Notes: generated by a model from the sequence alone, not told the origin. A stretch of DNA of 6,769 bases from Zestosphaera tikiterensis (GCA_003056265.1 NBVN01000010.1:12214-18982), one strand, 5' to 3'; positions 1 through 6,613 are shown, numbered from the stretch's first letter. Made by a program: numbers and translations.

Positions 1-2302
1 TAATCGATGGTATTGTAACAGTTCTCTCACTCATAATAGTTGTTGGAACATATGTTGTGTATGTTGTTACAACAGTTGTAGGAATCGTTGTTCTAACTGT
101 AGTTGGAATGGTTACTGTTGTAGGAGTAGGAATAGTTGTTGTAACCGTTGTAGTCTCCCTTAATGTAGTAATTTCTTTAACCGTTGTGGTAAAGGTCTTC
201 TCCGCAGTAACTGTTGTAGGTATTGCTATTGTTCTTGTAGTTGGAATTACTACGGTAATTGTAGTAGTCGAAGTCTCGGTCATAGTTGTTGTAATTGTTG
301 TGGGGTTAGGTGTAGTAGTGGTGGTTGTAATGACTTGAGGTGTTAGTATTTTCATTCCTTCGAGTATCCTATCACTGCTTACCTTAAAACCCGCTGAATT
401 GAATAGCCATGCTAGGTTCTCATTAACGAGTAGAGAATATAAAATTACGACACTTTCTAAATTAGAATAGCCATAGCTATGTAGGATTGAGCTCGCTTGA
501 TTCCATTTTTTAAAGAACTCTTTATGAACAGCAGGATCATACATTTTATGTATATAGAAGAAGATGAATTGCATGCTTTCAATTTGATCGAGATATGAAG
601 TGATGTTTGCTTTTCCTACAATATAATCAAAGAAGAATGGATGTGAACCCCAATACCACAGTCTAACATTATCACCATAGATATTGGCTATTCCCTCTAT
701 ACCTAAGTAAGTTGCTAATGGCTCACAGAACCAAGGGCATTCAACATAGTAGGACTTGCTACTCGTAAAGGAGTAGAAGTGGCCTAGTTCATGGGAGATT
801 ACGGACGCATAGGAAGGAACTAGTGAAGGCCATCTTGCTACACCTACACCAAAACCAATAAACCTATAGCCTGCTACGCCACACCATTCAAAATTAACTT
901 TAACTGTAAATGGCTTTGCTTCTAGATCCTCCTCAACAACGTTGCTAATCGAATTATAAAGTTTTAAAACTGTATTTACAAAGACATTGATTCTAGATTG
1001 ATTAGCTATAATCCAGAAATACTCTTCAGGTACATCAAAACTAAAACCATTAACTGTAAAGTTTATGTAGCGAACCATATGATCTTCACTATATAAAAAC
1101 CCTGTTTCTTTGATTAAACCGAGAATAGGTCCAGTATCTATCTCCAGATTATAAATAGCATTACCTTGAAAAGACTTCCCAACACCATAAAATAATGTTC
1201 CTGGTATCTCTGGACCGATGTTTTTATCGTAGACTACCGCATTATCTTCATAGATTTTAAGTTTAATATAACGTGAAGAGTTTGGGTTAGAATAGAATGC
1301 TAAAACATTTCCAAACTCATCCCGTATGTCAAACCAGAGTTGTGTATCTTCTTTTATAACCCAGAAGTGGAATGAAAACTGTCCTCCAAGGCGGTATAGG
1401 TATTTACTGTTTTCCTTAGGTTCTAGGTAGATATGCTCAAAGTAATAATACCAATTTGGCGGAATAAATCTTGGATTTAATACTATTTTCATAGGAGAGA
1501 TTTTTATGGCTGTTCTACCGTAAATTCCGAAATAGTAAACCCAATTTCCAAGGTAAAGTTCTGGAAGTCTAAATTCCACATCCCAGTAAGTAGAAGGGCT
1601 CTTATCTGGATTATAGGGCTCAAACGTTATTTCAGAACTGTTTTCGGCTGAGATTACAACGGTTGATTTGTCAAGTGAAGTTCTACTCACTAGAAGATAA
1701 TTAACTGACATAGTTGAGCGTTTTATCCCTAAAATCGTTAGGCCACCACTTAGGTTTCCCCCTACATATAATGAAAATATGGCTTGGGGGTGCTGACCAA
1801 CTAATGCTGGCGGTAATGCTGGGATTAACCTCGTTAGAAATATGAATATCTCATCTGGCTGAATGTAAGCACCATTTTCATCAATAAATACGATATCTAA
1901 CTTTTCTCTAGGTCTTAGAAGCAGTTTTATATCGCTGTTGATGCTTTTAGTAATTGCTACAAATACTCCTCCACTAGAGTATCCTTGACCTGTAGAAGCT
2001 ATGAAAGTCCAATTACCTTTTGGTAATCTGAAATTATAGATGCCCAGGGGGTTCGTAAACCCCCATTCCTCAAAATGAGGATAGGCTATTCCCCAATCTT
2101 CAGAAAATGCCTTAACCCAAGCCCCAGAAACAGGGCGATCGTAAGCATCTCTAACTTCAACTGTTACATTAACGAACCTAAACATTTCATTTCCAGACGA
2201 AGAGGAGCTACATTCAATAACAATCCCTGATGAGTGAAATGGATAAAGATTAAGTGAAGATAGGAGTAATAATACTTGGGCTAATACTCCTATCTTATTC
2301 AT
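1..2302 (-). CDS. Secreted zinc metallopeptidase-like protein with gluzincin HEXXH-X18-E signature and Thr-rich C-terminal stalk; partial, C-terminus lies beyond base 1
   Basis: Hand translation of the minus strand from ATG 2302-2300 is open for all 767 codons down to base 1. The ORF is absent from the supplied track, probably because it has no stop inside the window. The N-terminus MNKIGVLAQVLLLLSSLNLYPFHSSG looks like a signal peptide. SVISHELGHFYSF (HELGH = 779-793) is followed exactly 18 residues later by Glu in FCEPLATYLG (GAG = 722-724), which fits the gluzincin / peptidase-MA pattern. Residues about 35-95 (VTVEVRDAYDRPVSGAWVKAF...GIYNFRLPKGNWTFIAS) weakly resemble a carboxypeptidase-regulatory-like beta-sandwich. 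The last ~110 codons (1 to ~330) are Thr/Pro/Val/Ile-rich (TTTTTTPNPTTITTTMTETSTTTIT...). Confidence 0.85.
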   Translation of the reverse strand, partial: MNKIGVLAQVLLLLSSLNLYPFHSSGIVIECSSSSSGNEMFRFVNVTVEVRDAYDRPVSGAWVKAFSEDWGIAYPHFEEWGFTNPLGIYNFRLPKGNWTFIASTGQGYSSGGVFVAITKSINSDIKLLLRPREKLDIVFIDENGAYIQPDEIFIFLTRLIPALPPALVGQHPQAIFSLYVGGNLSGGLTILGIKRSTMSVNYLLVSRTSLDKSTVVISAENSSEITFEPYNPDKSPSTYWDVEFRLPELYLGNWVYYFGIYGRTAIKISPMKIVLNPRFIPPNWYYYFEHIYLEPKENSKYLYRLGGQFSFHFWVIKEDTQLWFDIRDEFGNVLAFYSNPNSSRYIKLKIYEDNAVVYDKNIGPEIPGTLFYGVGKSFQGNAIYNLEIDTGPILGLIKETGFLYSEDHMVRYINFTVNGFSFDVPEEYFWIIANQSRINVFVNTVLKLYNSISNVVEEDLEAKPFTVKVNFEWCGVAGYRFIGFGVGVARWPSLVPSYASVISHELGHFYSFTSSKSYYVECPWFCEPLATYLGIEGIANIYGDNVRLWYWGSHPFFFDYIVGKANITSYLDQIESMQFIFFYIHKMYDPAVHKEFFKKWNQASSILHSYGYSNLESVVILYSLLVNENLAWLFNSAGFKVSSDRILEGMKILTPQVITTTTTTPNPTTITTTMTETSTTTITVVIPTTRTIAIPTTVTAEKTFTTTVKEITTLRETTTVTTTIPTPTTVTIPTTVRTTIPTTVVTTYTTYVPTTIMSERTVTIPSI

Positions 2303-2346
2303 TTAACATCAACTCTATATTTCTGCTGTATTATTATTCTTTTACC

Positions 2347-2356
2347 TATATATAAA
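2347..2356 (-). promoter_or_regulatory. Candidate TATA box for the metallopeptidase gene
   Basis: The minus strand reads TTTATATATA, 45-54 nt upstream of ATG 2302. This implies a short leader. A second TATA-like CTTTATA lies at 2361-2367. The context is AT-rich, so specificity is low. Confidence 0.3.
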
Positions 2357-2878
2357 TACTTATAAAGAAAAGAACTACTCTAACAGCTGAGGAATGCCTA
2401 AGTATATATGGGCTTTAAACTTCTATGTTTGAGGTGCTTAAAATTCTAGAGAGTTTAGCTTAGCTAATCATAGATTTCATTATAAAGTTTTGTATTTGAA
2501 CACCACATATTTAAACTAGATTATGGATAGATGAATATGGTGGAGACTGATACTACTTAAGCACAGAATCTCATATAAGAAGTGAAGACTGTTGAGACAG
2601 TTATTTCTTTAATCGATAGCCCTTACTATGTAGTATCTGTAGTGTTAAGATCTTTAAGTCATTAGAAAACCTAGCTTTGATAAGCTTAACAGAGCGTAAA
2701 TCCACGCTCAAGAGCAAGCCCCGACTAAACACTCCAGGTCTGCGTTAGAGTCGGTTAAGGTTGATTGAAGAGAGTGTTAGGGAGAATGTTTGAGAAGGAT
2801 CCTAGTTTCTAGGGTTAATATTCTAGTGGTTTGAAGCAGTATGTAAGACTTATGCTATTTTACCGTGTTTCCAAGGAC

Positions 2879-2930
2879 ATTCAATTATACAAATTATACA
2901 ACAGTAAAACAGCTTACTGTATAATTGAAT
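2879..2930. repeat. 12-bp perfect inverted repeat (attcaattatac / gtataattgaat) with an internal tandem 9-mer and a nested 7-bp hairpin
   Basis: 2879-2890 is the exact reverse complement of 2919-2930. The tandem aattataca occurs at 2883-2891 and 2892-2900. Inner stem acagtaa (2901-2907) pairs with ttactgt (2914-2920). Confidence 0.8.
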
Positions 2931-2982
2931 ATCATTAAATGAAATTGAACGACTATTTAACACTATTGAATATTAAATTGAA
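2924..2982 (+). repeat. Cluster of four ATTGAA(T/C) motifs in 59 nt
   Basis: ATTGAA occurs at 2924-2929, 2944-2949, 2965-2970 and 2977-2982. An inverted copy lies at 2880-2885 and a variant ATTCAA at 3008-3013. The units attgaacgactatttaaca and attcaacagtatttaatg resemble each other. Confidence 0.7.
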
Positions 2983-3126
2983 TCATCAAATGGTCAATGC
3001 GTGAAAAATTCAACAGTATTTAATGAGCTAAATCAAAAATTCAGCGATAGTGAATTATCTGAATGGATATTTTTAATTATGTCTAATTTAAAAAGAGAAT
3101 TAAGCTTGATTTATGTAGCTTTCTAT

Positions 3127-4359
3127 TCATCTGAAAGTAAGATCGTCTTTATGCAAGGTGTAACTTCTTGGTGGTATTTTGAATGGTTCTAGTAATATGA
3201 ATGTTGCTCTGTAAGTTAAATCATCTTCTTTAATTATAATTAGTCGTAACGTACCTTCGATGATCTCGTAGAGACCCAGTTCTGTGAGTTTTCGTAAATT
3301 AGGCATAACGTAATTGTTACTAACTTCAACTAATCCTAGACTTTTGAGACATCCTGTTAACTTTAGAGCAAACGTATTTTTCCTATTCCTTGATTTAAAC
3401 GCTCCGTCGTACTCGCGTGCTAGTGCTAGACCCTTCTCACCCTGCTTTTTAGTTATCTTAACCCCATATCTGAACACTATCAGTAATAGCCTTAGAGCCT
3501 CCCAGAACGCTTTTTCCTTCTTTTTACTAGGTTGTTTACCTACTACTTCATATAAACACTTCATTATCTCTCCTTGTAGTGGTCCATGTCTTAGTGCTTT
3601 GTACGCATTCGTAACTGGTCTATACACTTTTGCTTGTAGATTAATTTCCTTTCTCTCTCCAATGCCTTTAGGTAACTCTGCAAAGCCGTAATTGTTTACC
3701 CAATAAAGTAATTGTGCTACGTAAGTTTTAGCCTTCTCTATGTCGATGTGAAATACTTCAAAGGTATCAACCTTGATGTTTTGCTTTGATTTATAGACAA
3801 ACTCTAAGTTAGAGCTGTAATGCTCTACCGCAATACTATCCTCTGAAGCTTTATATTTGAGAGGTTCCCGCTCGCGTGCAGATTCACGTATTCTTTCATG
3901 TTCCATCCTACTTTCGATAAATCCTCCTTTATTCTCAGGTTTACTGAGCACTGTAAAATGCTTGCTTAGTGCTTCTTCTATCTTTGATGATATTCTAGGC
4001 GAAAAAGCTATGCTATTCATACTAACATCTTCGCTACTGACTTCAGTTTTTCCTTGAGAAGCAACAAATGTTTTTAGATCTGTATTAAGTAATGTTGCTT
4101 CATGTCTATCCAACTTCGCTAGAATCTCACTACGTTTCTTCTTGTATTCTGTTATGATGTCTTTTACGTTTACACTATGCTTCTTTATTTCTCTAATAAG
4201 TCCCTTAGCCTTATTCACTATATTTATGTCGCTAGCTAGAATGTTCACTTCAACGTTTTCATCCATTATTGCTCCACGACTAATGTTAGCTGAACCCACT
4301 ATGAGATACTCATGACCGTTGTTACATTCTAGAACATAGAATTTTTGGGTGAAATTCAC
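3127..4359 (-). CDS. Longest intact ORF of the disrupted HKD nuclease-like gene (410 codons, GTG start). It keeps the GSxN half-motif and the uncharacterised C-terminal region but lacks the catalytic His.
   Basis: ORF from the track. It starts at GTG 4359 immediately after an in-frame TAG (4368-4366). The N-terminus TQKFYVLE...YLIVGSANISRGA carries Thr where the HKD His should be. The C-terminal segment LKSLGLVEVSNNYVMPNLRKLTELG is weakly reminiscent of a winged-helix recognition helix and wing. Confidence 0.6.
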   Translation of the reverse strand: MNFTQKFYVLECNNGHEYLIVGSANISRGAIMDENVEVNILASDINIVNKAKGLIREIKKHSVNVKDIITEYKKKRSEILAKLDRHEATLLNTDLKTFVASQGKTEVSSEDVSMNSIAFSPRISSKIEEALSKHFTVLSKPENKGGFIESRMEHERIRESAREREPLKYKASEDSIAVEHYSSNLEFVYKSKQNIKVDTFEVFHIDIEKAKTYVAQLLYWVNNYGFAELPKGIGERKEINLQAKVYRPVTNAYKALRHGPLQGEIMKCLYEVVGKQPSKKKEKAFWEALRLLLIVFRYGVKITKKQGEKGLALAREYDGAFKSRNRKNTFALKLTGCLKSLGLVEVSNNYVMPNLRKLTELGLYEIIEGTLRLIIIKEDDLTYRATFILLEPFKIPPRSYTLHKDDLTFR

Positions 4360-4464
4360 GATCGCCTATATACACTAACACTTCTACTCCAAGGCCTACT
4401 AGTTTTTTCAGTGCTTCAGGTTCAGCAAGATGAAAATCAAGACCGGTAATTACTACGCTCTGGT

Positions 4465-4662
4465 TTAAACATCTCTACCTAAAAAAGTTTGTAATACGTC
4501 TACACCTGACTCCTTAACGTAAGCTACAATGGCGTAAATCTTCCGTAATTCACAACCTAATACGCTAGATAACCTTCGGAAACATTCACCTAAACTAAGA
4601 CATAGGTACGGCTCCACTAAATCAAGCCCCTTCAACTTGTCTCTAGAGGCTTCATTCACCAA
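4465..4662 (-). CDS. N-terminal fragment of the HKD nuclease-like gene (65 codons, TTG/GTG start)
   Basis: ORF from the track. ELRKIYAIVAYVKESGVDVLQTFL matches the usual first beta-alpha unit of PLD-like nuclease domains. It ends at TAA 4467-4465, inside gtttaaac. Confidence 0.45.
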   Translation of the reverse strand: MVNEASRDKLKGLDLVEPYLCLSLGECFRRLSSVLGCELRKIYAIVAYVKESGVDVLQTFLGRDV

Positions 4663-4671
4663 CGTCAGCCC

Positions 4672-4690
4672 TAATATATAAGGTTTAAAA
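4672..4690 (-). promoter_or_regulatory. Candidate TATA elements for the HKD nuclease-like gene
   Basis: The minus strand reads TTTTAAA (4690-4684), centred about 25-28 nt upstream of the TTG 4662 and GTG 4659 starts. This is consistent with a leaderless transcript. TTATATATTA follows at 4681-4672. The context is AT-rich, so the call is weak. Confidence 0.3.
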
Positions 4691-5301
4691 GTAAAAATTT
4701 GAAACTGTTCTTTAACTATAATTATGAATAAGCAATCATTAGTTGGTGAAGATTCATGCTTTGTTTTTCTTTGTTTGATTTTATTTTCGTTTTATGTTCT
4801 ACTAATATATAATAATATATAGTACTTTAGGGTACTATCTTAAGTTTATTGTTCTACTTCCGCAGGTTTCACTACCTCTATAGCATTACCTATTAAACCT
4901 TTAAGCACTCCTCCTGAGATTACCCAGCTACTCCACCAGTTGTAAGTCCGGTTAACCCCTAGCTATCCCACTAAACGCTTAGCTACCTGTAGGCTTGCTT
5001 GCCGTATCTAGGCAGAGCAGCCAGGAAGGCAACCATAGATCGTCATAAGTCTGTTTAGATGGAAGCAGTATATGTAGAGCGTGAATTTAACCTTTCCTAG
5101 CATAAGGAAGATCAGGTAGTATATGGTGTTTCGGTTAAGGTTGCTTACGTACTTTTTGAGGAGAGATTTAAGTAATTTATGGATGTTGAGTACTTCTGTC
5201 TTTATTCGGTAGCTGAGGCATTACCTCAGAAATAAATGGTGTGTTATCTATTAAATTGTTGCTGGCTTAGCTCTTAGGGTTTCTTCCCTGCGTTGTGGTT
5301 G

Positions 5302-5310
5302 TTTTTAATT
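5302..5310 (+). promoter_or_regulatory. Candidate TATA box for the membrane protein gene
   Basis: tttttaatt is centred about 22-34 nt upstream of the alternative TTG/GTG starts at 5328-5340, compatible with a leaderless or near-leaderless mRNA. Confidence 0.25.
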
Positions 5311-5327
5311 CTTTAGTGATTTAGTGT

Positions 5328-5912
5328 TTGGGGGGTTTGGTGGTTGGTTTGGGTAGGTTATTTAGATTGGTGGCTTTAGCTGTGTTGTATGGTGTTTTGC
5401 TGACGTTGGCGTATGTGTGCGTTTCTCCTTTCTTTATGAAGTTAAATCCCGGTATCTTTCTTGGTGATGAGGTATATGTGGGTTTGTCGAGGGTTTTAAC
5501 GACTGCTTCCAGCCCCAGCGTTGATGCTGAAATCCCCGTATTTGTGAGGAAGCCCTACGTTTACTTCATATCTTCTACGTTGCTGTGGGTGGCCATAGCT
5601 ATCGCCGCCTCCATCGACGGCATTCCGTACGTAATAGCTAGGAGTAAGCGTAAGTTGTTGCTGGCTGGGGCGACATCCACAGCTTTAAGTGGGGTAGCCA
5701 CAACCCTACTATGGAGTTACCCACTGAAGCAGGCTACGAACTACGTGGAAGCAGTTTTAACGACAATCTACTTCATAAGCTACCTAACATTCGAATTAAG
5801 CCTTACATACTTATCGATAACACTATTCCTAATTACGACATCAACACTACTATATAGGGACGCCGGAGTTAAGGCCACTAAGCCACCTCCAACAAAGATC
5901 CAGACACCCTAA
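5328..5912 (+). CDS. Hypothetical multi-pass membrane protein (about 4-5 predicted TM helices)
   Basis: 194-codon ORF with hydrophobic stretches: LVALAVLYGVLLTLAYVCV, YVYFISSTLLWVAIAIAASI, LLLAGATSTALSGVATTLLW and VLTTIYFISYLTFELSLTYLSITLFLITTSTLL. It ends in a basic, Pro-rich tail KATKPPPTKIQTP. The start is uncertain: TTG 5328, TTG 5337 or GTG 5340. The first in-frame ATG would remove the first TM helix. No competing ORF on either strand. Confidence 0.6.
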   Translation: MGGLVVGLGRLFRLVALAVLYGVLLTLAYVCVSPFFMKLNPGIFLGDEVYVGLSRVLTTASSPSVDAEIPVFVRKPYVYFISSTLLWVAIAIAASIDGIPYVIARSKRKLLLAGATSTALSGVATTLLWSYPLKQATNYVEAVLTTIYFISYLTFELSLTYLSITLFLITTSTLLYRDAGVKATKPPPTKIQTP

Positions 5913-6268
5913 GCAAACCCTAACCACACAACTTTAAAACACCCTACAGAGCAAACTACAAAAACCTACACACCCACCACATAACAAACCTACCGAAAAA
6001 CCTGAAGGAGCCCCGACCTAGACATGAGGCGGAAGTAGAAAACGAAGACATGAAGAGTAAGGAACCTACAGTAAAAGATTATAAAGCCAGAATAGCCTAC
6101 ATGTTCACAACATCGTAAACCCTATTTAAATACCAAAACAACTAATCTTGCTAATTTAAAACTCTGTTGTCTTTGTGTAATCCTTCCTTTAAGCTGATGT
6201 TTAATCTCCTACTATTCTGTCCTTATAAGGCAGATCATCTTATTTTTTATATTACCTTGAAGTTTAAC

Positions 6269-6275
6269 AAAAAAA
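6269..6275 (-). terminator. Oligo-T tract (T7 on the minus strand), candidate archaeal terminator for the small gene
   Basis: A7 on the plus strand at 6269-6275, about 67-73 nt downstream of the TAA stop at 6344-6342. Archaeal termination commonly occurs at oligo-T runs. Confidence 0.25.
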
Positions 6276-6341
6276 TGTACACTTACTTTAAAGTGAGTAT
6301 TTTTAGGATATACTTCCTTAATACCTTTAATCCCGCCTGCG

Positions 6342-6554
6342 TTAATCTTCAATCACCACCTCAGGATCGTCCTCAGGCTTTATTTTAGGCTGTAATCTCG
6401 CCCTCCTAACCGCTTCAACGTGCGCAGGTATGGCTTCCTCACTATCATCTAAAGCCCACTTAAGCCACGCATCCGCTTCTTCAGGCGTTTTGAACACGTC
6501 CGGGAACCTGAGATGTAACTCCCACGCCCTACTGCTTACCATACCACCACCCAC
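6342..6554 (-). CDS. Small hypothetical protein with acidic C-terminal tail (66-70 aa)
   Basis: ORF from the track. The maximal start is GTG 6554; the likely start is ATG 6542, preceded by the GGTGGTGG purine/G-rich stretch. The sequence MVSSRAWELHLRFPDVFKTPEEADAWLKWALDDSEEAIPAHVEAVRRARLQPKIKPEDDPEVVIED is balanced and helix-like, with none of the low complexity seen in the antisense ORF. A TATA-like box lies upstream. I recognise no family. Confidence 0.55.
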   Translation of the reverse strand: MGGGMVSSRAWELHLRFPDVFKTPEEADAWLKWALDDSEEAIPAHVEAVRRARLQPKIKPEDDPEVVIED

Positions 6555-6573
6555 AAAAGATCTTAGTCTTGCC

Positions 6574-6583
6574 TATTTTAAAG
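6574..6583 (-). promoter_or_regulatory. Candidate TATA box for the small gene
   Basis: The minus strand reads CTTTAAAATA, centred about 25 nt upstream of GTG 6554 and about 36 nt upstream of ATG 6542. It lies only about 30 nt from the terminal CRISPR repeat. Confidence 0.35.
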
Positions 6584-6613
6584 ATGCCCTAGGTATGGGC
6601 GTAGAAGGTTCTA

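Larger units (their letters stand above)
3127..4662 (-). pseudogene. Phospholipase-D (HKD) superfamily nuclease-like gene disrupted by two compensating 1-nt frameshifts; reconstructed product about 511 aa
   Basis: ORFs 4662-4465 and 4359-3127 share one reading frame (4662-4359 = 303). Between them that frame has stops at 4467-4465, 4455-4453 and 4368-4366. Another frame is open across 4474-4325 and reads RCLNQSVVITGLDFHLAEPEALKKLVGLGVEVLVYIGDREFHPKILCSRM. Joining the pieces gives ...KIYAIVAYVKESGVDVLQTFLGRDV / LNQSVVITGLDFHLAEPEALKKLVGLGVEVLVYIGDREFHPK / FYVLECNNGHEYLIVGSANISRGAIMDENVEVNIL. This is a canonical single HxK(x)4[D/E]...GSxN PLD motif: His 4351-4349, Lys 4345-4343, GSAN 4285-4296. 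The shifts sit at gtttaaac (4463-4470) and at the T5 run 4342-4346 (A5 on the coding strand). Confidence 0.65.

Noticed and set aside
57-338. 93-codon plus-strand ORF encoding a Val/Thr/Gly-rich low-complexity peptide
   Set aside because: It is the antisense shadow of the Thr-rich (ACN codon) stalk of the long minus-strand metallopeptidase ORF. That ORF is open across the whole region and has real motifs.
2529-2550. C/D-box sRNA-like elements (AGATGAA ... CTGA)
   Set aside because: The boxes are imperfect. No properly spaced C'/D' and terminal D box follow, and there is no terminal stem.
2751-2763. 13-nt exact match tcggttaaggttg shared with 5131-5143, plus shorter shared words (gaagcagtat, agagcgt, actaaac) between the two long intergenic regions
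   Set aside because: The flanks do not align and the shared words occur in a different order in the two regions. A single 13-mer match in a 6.8-kb window searched on both strands is near chance expectation.
3001-3192. 63-codon plus-strand ORF (GTG start) downstream of the ATTGAA cluster
   Set aside because: It is short and AT-rich with no recognisable motif. Its last 66 nt overlap the 3' end of the nuclease ORF antisense. I keep it only as a weak possibility in the ATTGAA finding, not as a called gene.
3314-4057. Plus-strand ORFs 3314-3691 (125 aa) and 3857-4057 (66 aa)
   Set aside because: Both lie entirely inside the 410-codon minus-strand ORF. They encode Ser/Leu/Phe-rich low-complexity sequence typical of antisense shadow ORFs.
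4463-4470. gtttaaac contains UUUAAAC, the classic -1 programmed frameshift heptamer, exactly at the first frame break of the nuclease gene
   Set aside because: The incoming reading frame is GUU UAA AC, not the U UUA AAC register needed for tandem slippage. The required shift does not match the canonical mechanism. A plain indel at a homopolymer tract is more parsimonious. It remains mentioned as the least likely option in the frameshift finding.
5008-5032. AGCAGCCAGGAAGG resembles the conserved 3' side of SRP RNA helix 8 (AGCAGCCAAGG)
   Set aside because: There is no GNAR tetraloop or complementary 5' strand nearby. GC content is too low for a thermophile SRP RNA, and the flanks cannot be drawn as the SRP fold.
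5274-5923. Possible terminal inverted repeats flanking the membrane-protein gene (G/T-rich upstream, A/C-rich downstream; ttagggttt at 5274-5282 against aaaccctaa at 5915-5923)
   Set aside because: Only short 8-9-nt complementary words exist and their order is not nested. The symmetry is compositional rather than a true inverted repeat, and I saw no transposase or target-site duplication.
6167-6388. 73-codon plus-strand ORF in the convergent intergenic region
   Set aside because: It has a TTG start in very AT-rich DNA and gives a Phe/Leu/Asn/Tyr-rich peptide. It has no promoter-like context and overlaps the 3' end of the minus-strand small gene.
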